Notes under the pieces: generated by a model
Told to the model about the DNA's origin: nothing
The model's input: the letters and a program-made list of their open reading frames with translations, nothing else
The model's database searches: none
Shown: positions 37,295 through 48,381 of the stretch, in pieces
Numbering within the stretch: position 1 is the stretch's first letter
Layout: each line of letters begins with the position of its first letter
DNA from: Elusimicrobiota bacterium
GTDB lineage: Bacteria; CG03; SLGR01; JBDRKX01
Direction: 5' to 3'
NCBI GenBank assembly: GCA_043813605.1
Contig: JBDRKX010000007.1
Coordinates: forward strand, 1-50,239
Length of the DNA stretch: 50,239 nt
Position numbers and translations under genes: made by a program

Positions 37295-38127
37295 CAGCCG
37301 TTTTGCTCTCCTGTCCGTGGATCAAGGACATCCCTTAACCCTTCGCCGATCATATTGAACGAAAACACCGTTACAAGTATAGCAAGTCCCGGGAACAGCA
37401 TCAGCCACCAGACCTGCTGGCCTATATACTCCTTGCCTAATGTAAGTATATTTCCCCAAGAAGGATTCGGCGGCTGTACACCCAGTCCCAAAAAAGAAAG
37501 AACTGATTCAGTCAGTATTGCGGAACCCACACCGAGCGTAGCGGATATTATCACAGGAGCGATAACATTGGGAAGCATATGTATAAAAAGGATCCGTGAC
37601 CTGCTTATACCCATAACCCTTACCGCCTGTATAAATTCCCTCTCCCTGATCACCAGAGATTCGCCGCGGACATACCGCGTCAGCCTGGGCCAGGAAGTGA
37701 TCCCTATGACAATCATAACATTCACTATACTCGGTTCAAGGAATGTGATTACCATCAGTATCAGAAAAAGCGTTGGAAAACAGAGCATCATATCGACTAT
37801 CCTCATAATAATCCGGTCTGTCCACCCGCCGTAGAAACCGGCTATAAGCCCCAAAGGTACTCCTATAAGAAGAGATATGCCGACAGAAATAAAACCGACC
37901 ATCAAAGATATCCTGCTGCCATATACCACCCTGGCAAAGACATCCCTCCCGAGGTCATCTGTGCCCATCAGATGCTGTGCTCCCGGAACTGTCAGTCTGC
38001 TTGAAAGGTCCTGTTCCAGAGGTGAATACCTTACAAGTAAAGGGCCTATCAGGGCAACCAGGAACAGTATAGCCATAACTGCTGTACCTGCCATAACCAT
38101 CCTGTTTTTAAATAGTCTTGCGCCCAT
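37294..38127 (-). CDS. oppC: Oligo/dipeptide ABC transporter permease (OppC/DppC)
   Basis: HLMGTDDLGRD, EFIQAVRVMG, LSFLGLGVQPP, GEGLRDVLDP motifs. Confidence 0.9.
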   Translation of the reverse strand: MGARLFKNRMVMAGTAVMAILFLVALIGPLLVRYSPLEQDLSSRLTVPGAQHLMGTDDLGRDVFARVVYGSRISLMVGFISVGISLLIGVPLGLIAGFYGGWTDRIIMRIVDMMLCFPTLFLILMVITFLEPSIVNVMIVIGITSWPRLTRYVRGESLVIREREFIQAVRVMGISRSRILFIHMLPNVIAPVIISATLGVGSAILTESVLSFLGLGVQPPNPSWGNILTLGKEYIGQQVWWLMLFPGLAILVTVFSFNMIGEGLRDVLDPRTGEQNG

Positions 38128-39098
38128 TATTCCCTGTACCTTATCCGCGGATCAACCGCTGCATAACCCAGATCTGCCAGGAGATTTCCTATAAGAGTAA
38201 GTATGGCCATTATTACGCCGACACCCATAATAACAGGATAATCTCTGGACATGATGGCATTATAAGCCAGCCTGCCCATTCCGGGCCATGAGAATATAGT
38301 CTCGAATATTACTGACCCGCTCATCAGTATCGGCAACAGAAGTCCAAGCATTGTAACAATCGGAATAAGAGCGTTTCTGAGCGCATGCACGAGTATTATC
38401 CTTTTTTCGGATATACCTCTTGCCCTGGCCGCCTTAATAAAATCCCGGCCTATCACCTCCAGCATAGATGAACGCATATACCTGGAAATAAATGCCAATC
38501 CGCCTATTGCAGATGTGACTACCGGCAGTACAAGATGCCGTGCTATGTCCGTGATCCTCCCCCATGCAGAAAGGTATTCATAATTGACAGACAACATACC
38601 GGATACAGGCAGCCATGCGAGTTTAACACCAAAGATATACATCAACACAAGAGCCAGCGCAAAAGTCGGTATGGAATAACCTATAAACACCATTACAGTA
38701 AAAAACCTGTCTGTAAAACTGTTATGCTTAACAGCCGATATTATACCCACCGGTATGGCTATCCCAAAAATAAGTATAAGTGAAAGTATATTCAGCAGTA
38801 TTGTAGCAGGAAGCCTTTCAATTATTTTTTCCGTTACTTTTCTGCCGTCTTTAAAAGATGTACCGAAATCCAGTGTAACTACACGTCCCAGCCAGCCGGC
38901 ATACTGGATATGGAGCGGTTTATCCAGGCCGTAAGCTTTATAAAGACGCATCTGGGCCCTTGTATCTATATCCGGGCTCATCTTTACCGAATCCACCGGT
39001 GAACCCGGTGTGAGGTGCATTATAAAGAAACTGATCACAGTTATACCCAGGATCAGCGGTACTAAAAGGAACACCCTGTTAAGCAGATATCTTTTCAT
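38127..39098 (-). CDS. oppB: Oligo/dipeptide ABC transporter permease (OppB/DppB)
   Basis: YGLDKP, LDFGTS, ARARG, HALRNA, ETIFSWPGMG, RDYP, DPRIR motifs. Confidence 0.9.
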   Translation of the reverse strand: MKRYLLNRVFLLVPLILGITVISFFIMHLTPGSPVDSVKMSPDIDTRAQMRLYKAYGLDKPLHIQYAGWLGRVVTLDFGTSFKDGRKVTEKIIERLPATILLNILSLILIFGIAIPVGIISAVKHNSFTDRFFTVMVFIGYSIPTFALALVLMYIFGVKLAWLPVSGMLSVNYEYLSAWGRITDIARHLVLPVVTSAIGGLAFISRYMRSSMLEVIGRDFIKAARARGISEKRIILVHALRNALIPIVTMLGLLLPILMSGSVIFETIFSWPGMGRLAYNAIMSRDYPVIMGVGVIMAILTLIGNLLADLGYAAVDPRIRYRE

Positions 39099-39604
39099 TA
39101 TGCCGTAAGATATTTTACAAGAGAGACCATCGTCATAACCAGTATAACAAGTATTTTAATACCTACGGCTGCAACCCTGCCTATAAACGCACCGAGGCCC
39201 GCTTTACCCGAGGCGATTATTCCCTTTCCTGATATGTATTCTCCGGTAAATGCACCAAGAAAAGTACCAAAAAATACTCCCAGTACAGTACCTATTCCTA
39301 TAAATAAGAAACTGAACAGAATACCGCCTGCCAGACCTCCCAGCAGCGCACCGATGATACCGGCTTTTGATGCACCGTATTTTTTAGCGCCCATCATTCC
39401 GCTCAAGTATTCCGAAGCCTCACCCACGGCCGATAGCAAAAGGAACAGGACAAGGAGACCGGCACCTATAGTGTTAAAACCGTTCAACAGTGAACATATA
39501 AAAATTCCCAGCCATAATACCACAGTACCGGCAAACCCTGCAGCTGACAGGATAGTTCCCAGTATAGCCGCAACGATTATTATGACAGTATATACTATAT
39601 TCAC
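39098..39604 (-). CDS. DUF456-family membrane protein
   Basis: Gly-rich hydrophobic protein with GAKKYGAS and G-x-FLGAFxGE motifs. Confidence 0.8.
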   Translation of the reverse strand: MNIVYTVIIIVAAILGTILSAAGFAGTVVLWLGIFICSLLNGFNTIGAGLLVLFLLLSAVGEASEYLSGMMGAKKYGASKAGIIGALLGGLAGGILFSFLFIGIGTVLGVFFGTFLGAFTGEYISGKGIIASGKAGLGAFIGRVAAVGIKILVILVMTMVSLVKYLTA

Positions 39605-40122
39605 AAAACAGTTCCAGGTATTCCTGTCTTTTTCAGTTTTCTATATACAGCCAGTGCTATTACTATCTTAATAACAGCACCCGGAATAAAAGGAAATACC
39701 CCTACGGCAAACGCCTTCAGCCATATCAGGCCGAGCACGTATTTGAGCTGAATGATGCCTGTTATATATATCAATACTATACCGCTTACCATACCAATAA
39801 GGTCATACCCTTTTTCGACCAGCAGACCGCATACATATGCCGCCAGTACAAATCCTATAATATAACCTCCTGTCGGCCCGAACAGAACCCCTATGCCGCT
39901 GCCGCCTTTTGAAAAAACAGGCAATCCCGCAACGCCCATCAGTATATACACCAACTGGCTGAACATACCCAGTTTCTTTCCAAGTATTGCCCCGGCGAGT
40001 ATAGTAAACATCGTCTGAAGCGTAATCGGTACGGGAGAAAAAGGCACAGGGACAACTATCAATGCTCCTGCCGCAGTAAGTACTGCAAAAAGTGACACCG
40101 AAACCATGTTCTTAGTTTTCAT
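39601..40122 (-). CDS. bioY: Biotin transporter S component BioY
   Basis: PVPITLQT, GLPVFS, GPTGGYIIGF, PFIPG motifs. Confidence 0.93.
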   Translation of the reverse strand: MKTKNMVSVSLFAVLTAAGALIVVPVPFSPVPITLQTMFTILAGAILGKKLGMFSQLVYILMGVAGLPVFSKGGSGIGVLFGPTGGYIIGFVLAAYVCGLLVEKGYDLIGMVSGIVLIYITGIIQLKYVLGLIWLKAFAVGVFPFIPGAVIKIVIALAVYRKLKKTGIPGTVL

Positions 40123-40189
40123 TATATTGCCGGTACTTTTATTGTTGACTGGTACATATTAGAAGTTACGGTTAAAAAACAAATGATTT

Positions 40190-40267
40190 TGGTAGCGCCA
40201 ACGGGATTTGAACCCGTGCCGCAGCCTTGAGAGGGCTGTGTCCTAAACCAGGCTAGACGATGGCGCC
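40190..40267 (-). tRNA. tRNA-Glu (CTC)
   Basis: GGCGCCA acceptor, anticodon arm CAGCC-CTCTCAA-GGCTG, GTTCAAATC, encoded CCA. Confidence 0.96.
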
Positions 40268-40312
40268 ACCTATTTCCTATTAAATATAATAAAACTTTTG
40301 AAAGACTGCAAC

Positions 40313-42079
40313 CTATAAAGACTGCATCTCAAACATCTTTCTATACAATCCTGTAATAGCAAGCAGTTCCTCGTGCCTGCCCTGCTCAACTATTCTTCCC
40401 CCGTCCATAACGACTATTTTATCAGCTTTTCGTACTGTTGAAAGCCTGTGCGCGATTATCAGTGTTGTCCTGCCCTTTATCAGATTATCCATTGCCTCCT
40501 GAACGAGTTTTTCCGATTCCGTATCAAGATGGGATGTCGCTTCATCAAGGATCAGTATCTCAGGATTCTTGATAAGTGCTCTGGCTATAGATATCCTCTG
40601 CTTCCGTCCCCCGGACAGTTTAACCCCTCTTTCGCCCACAATAGTATCATACCCGTATGGAAGCTCCTTAATAAAATCGTGGGCATTGGCTGCCTGTGCG
40701 TATTTTTCTACATCCTCTTCTGTGAAATTCCCTAACCCGTAACATATATTTTCCCTGACACTCACATTGAAGAGTATAATATCCTGCATAACCATGGCAA
40801 CTTTATGCCTTAATGACTTGATAGTATATTTGTTGATATTAATTCCGTCTATCGTGATATTCCCCTTCTGAGGATCGAAAAACCTCGGTACAAGATTTAC
40901 CAGGGTGGTCTTACCTGCACCTGAAGGTCCTACAAATGCAATAATATCCCCGCGGCGTATACTGAAATTCATGTCATTCAAAACATAATTCTCTTTTTCA
41001 TACGCAAAACAGACATTATTAAAAACTATATTCTCTTTGACAGAAGTCAGTATTTCAGGATTCTCATCCTGTAATATATGTTCTTTATGTTCAAGAACAG
41101 TAAATATGCGTTCCGCCGCCGCAAGCGCTCTCTGAAGCTGCTGGTTTATTCCCGCAAAGTTCTTTGCAGGCATGTACATCCCGGCCAGAAGACCCATGAA
41201 TACAAAAAAATCCCCGGGAGTAGAATTACCTTCGATCACTGCGTGGCCCCCGAGCACTATTATGCCTACAATACCAAAAGTACTCAACAGTTCAATAAAA
41301 GGCCCCTGTATAGCGTCTATCTTCTCCGATTTCAGTATCACATCTATGAATTTCTGATTTACTTCCCTCATGCACCTCTGTTCTTCCTTTTCCATGGAAA
41401 ACGCCTTTATCAGCCGGACTCCGGATATTTTTTCAGCAAGAAAATCGTATATATCAGCCATCTTCTGGTGCCCGCGCATACCGATCTTGCGCAGTATCTT
41501 GGAAAATTTAGCAAAAGGGAGTATGATAAATAAAAATCCTACAATAGAGAATATAGCCCACTGCCAGTTAAAATAAAACAGCAGGAATACAAGAAAAATA
41601 AGCTGCAGTCCGTCACGGATAAGTCTTGAAGGTATCTTGACGACAGAATCCTCGAGGAATTTTACATCATTTGTTATCCTTGAGAGCAGTTGACCCGTTG
41701 GGTTCGACATATAATAAGATAACGACAGATACATCAAGTGCCTGAATATCCTGTTACGGAGATCCTTTGTAACATTTTGCCCTATGTATGCCATCATGTA
41801 TTTTGAAATATACTCGAATAACCCGCGCAATACTGCAAGACAGGTTATTACCAGTGCCAGATAATTTATAAGATTCGCTCTTGGAACTACTATACCGGCA
41901 ATAGGTATGGTTACCTGCTTTTCAAGAGAGAAGATACCGTCCATTACCGGTTTTATCATGGTTAGAAGAGAAGGAGTGAGCGCACTTACCATTGCAAGAG
42001 AACTAAGAGCTAATATGAATTCTTTTTGATAAGGTTTTACAAATCTGAAAAGCTTTTTGATTATTGAAATTGTTTTCAC
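40313..42079 (-). CDS. msbA: Lipid A export ABC transporter MsbA
   Basis: TM domain + NBD (GPSGAGKT, LSGGRKQR, ILDEATS, IAHRLST); directly after lpxA. Confidence 0.88.
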   Translation of the reverse strand: MKTISIIKKLFRFVKPYQKEFILALSSLAMVSALTPSLLTMIKPVMDGIFSLEKQVTIPIAGIVVPRANLINYLALVITCLAVLRGLFEYISKYMMAYIGQNVTKDLRNRIFRHLMYLSLSYYMSNPTGQLLSRITNDVKFLEDSVVKIPSRLIRDGLQLIFLVFLLFYFNWQWAIFSIVGFLFIILPFAKFSKILRKIGMRGHQKMADIYDFLAEKISGVRLIKAFSMEKEEQRCMREVNQKFIDVILKSEKIDAIQGPFIELLSTFGIVGIIVLGGHAVIEGNSTPGDFFVFMGLLAGMYMPAKNFAGINQQLQRALAAAERIFTVLEHKEHILQDENPEILTSVKENIVFNNVCFAYEKENYVLNDMNFSIRRGDIIAFVGPSGAGKTTLVNLVPRFFDPQKGNITIDGININKYTIKSLRHKVAMVMQDIILFNVSVRENICYGLGNFTEEDVEKYAQAANAHDFIKELPYGYDTIVGERGVKLSGGRKQRISIARALIKNPEILILDEATSHLDTESEKLVQEAMDNLIKGRTTLIIAHRLSTVRKADKIVVMDGGRIVEQGRHEELLAITGLYRKMFEMQSL

Positions 42080-42088
42080 TTTAGATAA

Positions 42089-42874
42089 TCAGCTTTTATA
42101 TATCCCACGTTCGGAGGTTTCAATAAACTGTATCATGCGGGTAACATGCGGAGATGTAAGTTCCTGCATGGATTTCATCTTTTCTACTGCCTGAGCAGTA
42201 TTAAGACCGGAACGGAATATTATCCTGTATGCCTTTTTAAGTTGGGATCTGTCTTCAGCGGAAAAATTCCTGCGTTTAAGCCCTATTGTATTCAAACCGG
42301 TGATCTTAAGACGGTTTCCCGCCGCCATGCAATAAGGAAGGATATCTTTGGGAACACGGGAACTGCCGCCGATTATAGATAGTTTTCCTATACGGGTAAA
42401 CTGGTGTATGGGAGTAAGACCGCCTATAACGGCCTGGTCTTCTATTGTAACATGGCCTGCCAGTGTGACACAATTTGCCAGTATAACTTCATCCCCGACT
42501 ATACAGTCATGAGCTATATGAACATACGACATGAGCATTATATTGTTTCCCAAACTTGTAACACCCCGCTCTATTGTTCCCCGGTTTATGGTTACATATT
42601 CCCTTATTATGTTTCCATCTCCTATTGTTACATGCGTTTCTTCGTCTTTATATTTAAGATCCTGCGGACGGTTGCCTATGACCACGCCTATCCCTATAGT
42701 ATTATTTTTTCCTATTATCGTATTCCCTTCTATAACTGCATGAGCATCGACTGTAGTGCCTGCCCCTATCTCAACACCGGATTTTATAACAGCATAAGGA
42801 CCTATCTCTACCGTACTGTCGATCCTGGCTCCTTCTTCTATTATTGCTGTCGGATGTATTTTATTGTCTTTCAT
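42089..42874 (-). CDS. lpxA: UDP-N-acetylglucosamine acyltransferase LpxA
   Basis: IHPTAII, PQDLKY, IREYVTINRGT, HIAHDC, LAGHV, HQF motifs; ATG 42874 preferred over the track start 42898. Confidence 0.96.
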   Translation of the reverse strand: MKDNKIHPTAIIEEGARIDSTVEIGPYAVIKSGVEIGAGTTVDAHAVIEGNTIIGKNNTIGIGVVIGNRPQDLKYKDEETHVTIGDGNIIREYVTINRGTIERGVTSLGNNIMLMSYVHIAHDCIVGDEVILANCVTLAGHVTIEDQAVIGGLTPIHQFTRIGKLSIIGGSSRVPKDILPYCMAAGNRLKITGLNTIGLKRRNFSAEDRSQLKKAYRIIFRSGLNTAQAVEKMKSMQELTSPHVTRMIQFIETSERGIYKS

Positions 42875-42898
42875 ACATAACTGATCCCTGTTTAACAA

Positions 42899-44185
42899 TC
42901 ATCTATCTACCAGAGAGAACATAAACTCCGCTTCAGCGACTTTCCTGTCACCCACATAAGAGATACCGTGCATTTTCCCCCCTTTGGCGCGCTCCCTTGT
43001 CAGCTCCACTTTTGATATAAGAGTATCCAGAGGCTTGACTTCACCGTAAAACTCGGCGTTTTCTATAATAATGAAAAAAGCAAGCTTGTTCTGCACCTCC
43101 GGTTTGGACAGCAGCATGACTGCGGATGACTGGGCCATAAATTCTATTATCAGAGAAGGAGGAAAAACAGGCCGGTTCGGATAATGTCCTTTAAAAAAAG
43201 GTTCGTTTACAGTCACGTTCTTATACCCGGTAGCGAGTCTGTGTGAACTCGCCATCTCTATCCTGTCAACCAGAAGAAAAGGATACCTGTGCGGAAGTAT
43301 CTTCATAATCATATCAATATCCATAACTACTTCAGTATCGCTGCTCTCTATCTCGATATAGTTTTCCTTTAATCTTCTCGCAAGCTCTATGTTGGAAGAA
43401 TGCCCGCTCCTGACAGCCATCACATCCGCCTTGAGCGGTACACCGAGAAGATATAGATCCCCCAACAGATCGAGGATCTTATGTCTGACGAACTCGTCTT
43501 CGTACCTCAATTCCGTGTTTACTATACCCTTTTCTCCAATGACGATCGTATTCTCAAAATTACCGCCTTTTCCCAGTCCCCAGTCCTTGATCTCCTTTAT
43601 CTCTTCTTCAAAACAGTATGTTCTTGCCGAAGCGATATCATCCATAAAATTATCGGAATTTATCTCTATATCGAGAAATTGCGTGTGCAGTATATTATTA
43701 TTGTAATGGATGGTAGAACTTACTGTAAATCTGTCTGATGGAGTAACTACAAGCTCTGTCTTGCCTTTTTTATAACTTATGGGTCTGGAAGGTGTAAAAT
43801 ACCGCTTTTTTGCTTTCTGTTCTTCGATCCCGGCTTCGATTACGGCATTTGTATAATCCCGGGCGCTGCCGTCACCGACAGGAAGTTCATCAGTATCTAT
43901 TTCCACGATCAGGTTATCTATACCCAGACCGTATGCAGTTGCAAGCAGGTGCTCCACTGTCTGCACTTTTGCAGAGCCTTTCTGAACTGTCGTACCTCTT
44001 ACGACATCAGTAACATAATCAATATTCGCAGGAACGCTCGGTGAACCGGGAAGATCCACTCTAATGAATACTATACCGGTATCCGGCGGCGCAGGACGGA
44101 ATTTAACATTTGCTTTTATTCCAGTATGTATCCCGACACCGGAGAGGGTTACTTCATTCTGTATAGTGCACTGATAATCACTCAT
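42899..44185 (-). CDS. lpxC: Bifunctional LpxC deacetylase / FabZ dehydratase fusion
   Basis: [26 protein letters not shown] (LpxC); [24 protein letters not shown] (FabZ). Confidence 0.95.
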   Translation of the reverse strand: MSDYQCTIQNEVTLSGVGIHTGIKANVKFRPAPPDTGIVFIRVDLPGSPSVPANIDYVTDVVRGTTVQKGSAKVQTVEHLLATAYGLGIDNLIVEIDTDELPVGDGSARDYTNAVIEAGIEEQKAKKRYFTPSRPISYKKGKTELVVTPSDRFTVSSTIHYNNNILHTQFLDIEINSDNFMDDIASARTYCFEEEIKEIKDWGLGKGGNFENTIVIGEKGIVNTELRYEDEFVRHKILDLLGDLYLLGVPLKADVMAVRSGHSSNIELARRLKENYIEIESSDTEVVMDIDMIMKILPHRYPFLLVDRIEMASSHRLATGYKNVTVNEPFFKGHYPNRPVFPPSLIIEFMAQSSAVMLLSKPEVQNKLAFFIIIENAEFYGEVKPLDTLISKVELTRERAKGGKMHGISYVGDRKVAEAEFMFSLVDR

Positions 44186-45215
44186 CACTGCGCCCGATAA
44201 TTTTTTTCAGTCTTTCAATTTCCTTGAAGAGAGCAGGGAGCTTTCTTGTTAGAGCGTTGAGTTTTATTGCCTTCTTATGCTCCATTGCAGGATAACCGGA
44301 AACAAGCTGACCGGGTTTGATATCATGGGTCACTCCTGCCTGCGCACCTACTTTTGCACCCGCACCGATCGTAATATGACCTACTACGCCGGCCTGACCG
44401 GCAAGAACGGCATTGTCTTCCACTATGGTCGACCCGGCAATACCAACCTGGGAAATAATGAAGCAATTGCGGCCGATCTTGACATTGTGCGCTATCTGCA
44501 CAAGATTATCTATTTTGGCGCCTTCTGAAATAACGGTATCTCCGGGCGTACCTCTGTCAATGCACACATTTGCCCCTATTTCGACATTATCTTCTATCAG
44601 CACTCCGCCGATCTGCGGTATTTTATCATGTTTACCGCCGCTCGTGACATAGCCGAACCCGTCGCTCCCTATTACTGTCCCCGGATGTATTGTCACATTA
44701 TCGCCTATTTTCACTGAATCAAGGATTGTTACGGAAGGATATATTACACAGTTCTTTCCTATGGAAGAATTATTCCCTATATAGACATTGTGATATATCA
44801 CCGTTCCGGCGCCTATAGACACACCTGCCTCTATTTTTGTCCAGTTGCCTATTCTTACTCCATGGCCAACAACAGCTTTATCATCTATATCGGCTTGCGG
44901 ACTTATCTTTTCTACAGGATGCGTTTTTTCTCCGTATAGTTTCTTTATCACCTTGCTGAAAGCTATATCCGGATCAGCTACTTTGATAAGCGCCGTATGC
45001 ATATCCATTTCAAAACTCTCATGTACAAATACGCATGAAGCTTTTGTCCCGGTGAGCCATTTCTTATATTTTGGATTCGATAGAAAACTTATATCTCCTT
45101 CACCGGCATTTTCAAGCGTATTAGCGCCCCGGATCATAATTCCAGAATCACCTATAAGTTTCCCGCCTGTAAGGGCCGCTATTTCTCCTGTTGCTATCCT
45201 ATTCGAGGCTTTCAT
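44178..45215 (-). CDS. lpxD: UDP-3-O-acylglucosamine N-acyltransferase LpxD
   Basis: [39 protein letters not shown] motifs. Confidence 0.97.
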   Translation of the reverse strand: MKASNRIATGEIAALTGGKLIGDSGIMIRGANTLENAGEGDISFLSNPKYKKWLTGTKASCVFVHESFEMDMHTALIKVADPDIAFSKVIKKLYGEKTHPVEKISPQADIDDKAVVGHGVRIGNWTKIEAGVSIGAGTVIYHNVYIGNNSSIGKNCVIYPSVTILDSVKIGDNVTIHPGTVIGSDGFGYVTSGGKHDKIPQIGGVLIEDNVEIGANVCIDRGTPGDTVISEGAKIDNLVQIAHNVKIGRNCFIISQVGIAGSTIVEDNAVLAGQAGVVGHITIGAGAKVGAQAGVTHDIKPGQLVSGYPAMEHKKAIKLNALTRKLPALFKEIERLKKIIGRSDE

Positions 45216-45954
45216 TAAGAATCCTTATGATTTCATCAGTAATATCAACAACTGATTCTTCGGAAAAAAGTATAACTTCCTTGTCCATGATCACAGTAAA
45301 CCCCTTTTTTTCTGCCACATTGTTTACCGTATCATATATTTTGCCCATTATCTTATACTTCAGTTCTTTCTCTTTTTCTTTAAGCAGTTTTTTACTCTGT
45401 TCCATCAGTTCCTTAAGGTCCATTTCTTTCTGCTTAAGTATTTCATTCAATTCTTTTATCTCGAAATCAGGTATTTTTTCTGCCTGCCTTATATAGCTGG
45501 AACTGTCAGGCATACCTGCATCAGGTGCCGCTTCACCTGATTCATCTCCGGCCGGTGGTTCAGTATCAGCAGTCTCTGTATCGGCAGTTTCTTTATCAGC
45601 AGTTACTGTATTCTCACCCGGCACGGCATCCTCAGCATCTTCCTGTATCAAACCATCATCTTTTTCGGGCTCCTCAGCCTTTTTCTCGGCTTTTTTCACG
45701 GAAGTGTCCTTCGATATTTTATTTCTCACAGAAGCAATAGCTCTTTCAATTTCTTCTATATTTCCCAGCCGCCGGGTTATAAGATTATTTATTTCGTTTC
45801 TGGCATTTTTTACTTCCGTCATCTCGTTAAATACTTTTTCGATATCAATATACGCGATCCTGGTCGAAGTTATCATCACACTCCATGCCGGACGCAGGAC
45901 GGCTGTTAATATAAACAAACAGAACAATCCGTATCTTATTATTTTTATCCTCAT
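45199..45954 (-). CDS. skp: OmpH/Skp periplasmic chaperone with an acidic low-complexity insertion
   Basis: [11 protein letters not shown] and [13 protein letters not shown]...DITDEII motifs; lies between bamA and lpxD. Confidence 0.85.
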   Translation of the reverse strand: MRIKIIRYGLFCLFILTAVLRPAWSVMITSTRIAYIDIEKVFNEMTEVKNARNEINNLITRRLGNIEEIERAIASVRNKISKDTSVKKAEKKAEEPEKDDGLIQEDAEDAVPGENTVTADKETADTETADTEPPAGDESGEAAPDAGMPDSSSYIRQAEKIPDFEIKELNEILKQKEMDLKELMEQSKKLLKEKEKELKYKIMGKIYDTVNNVAEKKGFTVIMDKEVILFSEESVVDITDEIIRILNESLE

Positions 45955-45960
45955 AATATT

Positions 45961-48201
45961 TTAGAAAATGTCCCCCAATGTAAAATACCACTGTGACTCT
46001 TTAGGATCCTTATCCACACCGAAACCCCAGTCAAGCCTTATCGGAAATGCCCTTGTTTTAAACCTGATACCGAAACCGTAGCCTCTTTTCAGTTTATCTT
46101 CTTCCAATCCGGATTTCATGTATATATCCTGTGTATATTTCCACGAAGAACCTATATCATAGAAGAACGCACCCTGGAGTATTGTCTGTTTCTTTTCAGA
46201 AACTATAGGGAACTTTATCTCGGCATTGACTACCATCTTGTATTTACCGCCCTCAGGAGGACCTATTTCCCAGTAATCATAACCTCGCACCGATTCAGCA
46301 CCGCCGACATTAAACCTTTCGTAGATAGGCACATCTTCAGAATCGCCGTATTCCGATACCGCTCCTGTAATAAGGTTGAGTACACCTACTATTCTCCAGA
46401 TTACCGGCTGAAAATATGTTCCCTGGAACTCGAATTTGAAGAAATCCCTGTTCCCGCCGAATATGCCTCCTGCGATCTGATTCGACGCTCTCAGGTAGAA
46501 CCCGGTACTAGGATCAAACGGATAATCCCTTTTATCAAATACAACACTGGGAGTCACACTGGATGTCATCTCTTTGCTTTCATCTACCTCATCCTGTATT
46601 ACTGTGCTGACATTCGAAATATGGATATCTTCAAGTGAATATTTCAAAAAGGAACTGAACTCATCCGTAAAATGACGGCCCAGGCTCAGGCTTCCTCCCC
46701 GGCGGAGTTCATCGTAGGAATAATCTTTATAGAACCTTGTCCTTGTCATATTATATATACTGGCACTGAAAGGCGTCGGGGTATTAAACAGATAAGGCTC
46801 AGTAAAATCTATCCTGTAGTTCTGTTTCCTCGTCTCACCTGTACCGAATTCATACAGTACGGCTATCTTCTGGCCGCGGCCGAAAAGATTATCCTGTGAT
46901 ACCCGTACAGTACCCACAAGCTTATCAACCGATGAATACCCTGCTCCGATACTCGCCATACCCGTTTTCTGCTCTTCAACGATGAATACGAGGTCTGTTT
47001 TGTCCGGTAAACCCGTAGGCAGCATCTCTATCTGGACATCAGTAAAAAAGCCCAGCTTGAATATTTCTGACTGTGTCTCCCTTACTTTTTCAAGGTTAAA
47101 AGGATCGCCGTTCTTAAGTTTGAATTCTCTCTCAATAACATAGTCTTTTGTTACGTAATTGCCGTCCACGTATATATTACGGACATAGACTTTAGGGCCT
47201 TCAAATATCTCGAATGCCACATCTATCTCCTGTTCGGCATCCCTGTATGTATAATTCGGGGATATATTCATCTTTATATAGCCATCTTTTCCGTAGAGCT
47301 CCTGCACGGAAAACATGGATAACTCCAGCTTTTGCTCGGAATAGATATCTTCTTTCTTTATCTCCAGTACACTTTTGAGTTCATCATCAGAAAGCTTCGT
47401 GTTACCGGTAAAAGAAATATCTTTTATGTAATACCTGTTTCCTTCATGTACAAAGATCGTAAGAAACATCTTTTCATGAACCGGATCGTATGTCGCAAGA
47501 GGTTCTTCTATATCAATATTGAGGTAACCGCTATTCTTGTAGTATCCAGCCAGTTTTTTCATATCAGTATCAAGCTGATCCTGTTTATATACTTTACCGG
47601 ATTTACTTTTTATATTCTTGAAGACTTTCTTATATTTTTCCCTGACAACACCTACAAGGTTTATCTCCTGGATCTTTATCTTGTTCCCCTCGTTGATATA
47701 AAATGTCACAGTAACAGAGTTTTTTCCTTCATCAGGAGTTTTATATCCTTCCGTCTTACACTCAGCATACCCTTCCTCGCGGTAGAAGACCTCTATCTTT
47801 CTAATATCTTCTGTAACAAGAAATTCATCGAAGAACTCATCATCCTTGAGTTCTATCTTATTTTTCAGTTTTTTTGAATTAATATTCTCGTTTCCCTTGA
47901 ATACGACTTTGCTTATAACAGGTTTTTCTTCGACCTTGTATATGACATTAACGGTACCTGATGATACTTCTTCAAGAAACATGGATACATCGTTAAAGTC
48001 ACCCATATTGTAGATCTCACCCAGATCGCTGCTTGCCTTTACAGGGTCATACTCCTGCCCTTCTTCCAGCGTAAGGTTCTTCTTGATATCCTTGGCATGC
48101 ACGGTTGAGTTTCCTCTGATAATAATGTTTTCTACTGTCTGGGCGGCAAATCCCGTAATCGGAATTGACAATAAAATTATAAGAATTATTATTTTTTTCA
48201 C
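45961..48201 (-). CDS. bamA: Outer-membrane protein assembly factor BamA
   Basis: POTRA repeats, NLFGRGQ, FTEPYLF, VRGY loop 6, terminal Phe. Confidence 0.97.
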   Translation of the reverse strand: MKKIIILIILLSIPITGFAAQTVENIIIRGNSTVHAKDIKKNLTLEEGQEYDPVKASSDLGEIYNMGDFNDVSMFLEEVSSGTVNVIYKVEEKPVISKVVFKGNENINSKKLKNKIELKDDEFFDEFLVTEDIRKIEVFYREEGYAECKTEGYKTPDEGKNSVTVTFYINEGNKIKIQEINLVGVVREKYKKVFKNIKSKSGKVYKQDQLDTDMKKLAGYYKNSGYLNIDIEEPLATYDPVHEKMFLTIFVHEGNRYYIKDISFTGNTKLSDDELKSVLEIKKEDIYSEQKLELSMFSVQELYGKDGYIKMNISPNYTYRDAEQEIDVAFEIFEGPKVYVRNIYVDGNYVTKDYVIEREFKLKNGDPFNLEKVRETQSEIFKLGFFTDVQIEMLPTGLPDKTDLVFIVEEQKTGMASIGAGYSSVDKLVGTVRVSQDNLFGRGQKIAVLYEFGTGETRKQNYRIDFTEPYLFNTPTPFSASIYNMTRTRFYKDYSYDELRRGGSLSLGRHFTDEFSSFLKYSLEDIHISNVSTVIQDEVDESKEMTSSVTPSVVFDKRDYPFDPSTGFYLRASNQIAGGIFGGNRDFFKFEFQGTYFQPVIWRIVGVLNLITGAVSEYGDSEDVPIYERFNVGGAESVRGYDYWEIGPPEGGKYKMVVNAEIKFPIVSEKKQTILQGAFFYDIGSSWKYTQDIYMKSGLEEDKLKRGYGFGIRFKTRAFPIRLDWGFGVDKDPKESQWYFTLGDIF

Positions 48202-48296
48202 TTCTATCTCCTTGATTTAATCTATTAATTTTATCAAATTCATCTGCGAATGTAAATAATATGCATATATAGCCTGGGTTTTATATTGCCTGGGGG

Positions 48297-48373
48297 TGGT
48301 GGGCGGAACAGGACTTGAACCTGTGACCTCTGCCTTGTAAGGGCAGCGCTCTAGCCAGCTGAGCTACCCGCCC
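48297..48373 (-). tRNA. tRNA-Val (TAC)
   Basis: GGGCGGG acceptor, anticodon arm CTGCC-CTTACAA-GGCAG, GTTCAAGTC, encoded CCA. Confidence 0.97.
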
Positions 48374-48381
48374 GGCATATT

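Noticed and set aside
42899..44185. LpxC-FabZ fusion as a novelty
   Set aside because: Well known in Bacteroidota, Chlorobi and several other phyla.
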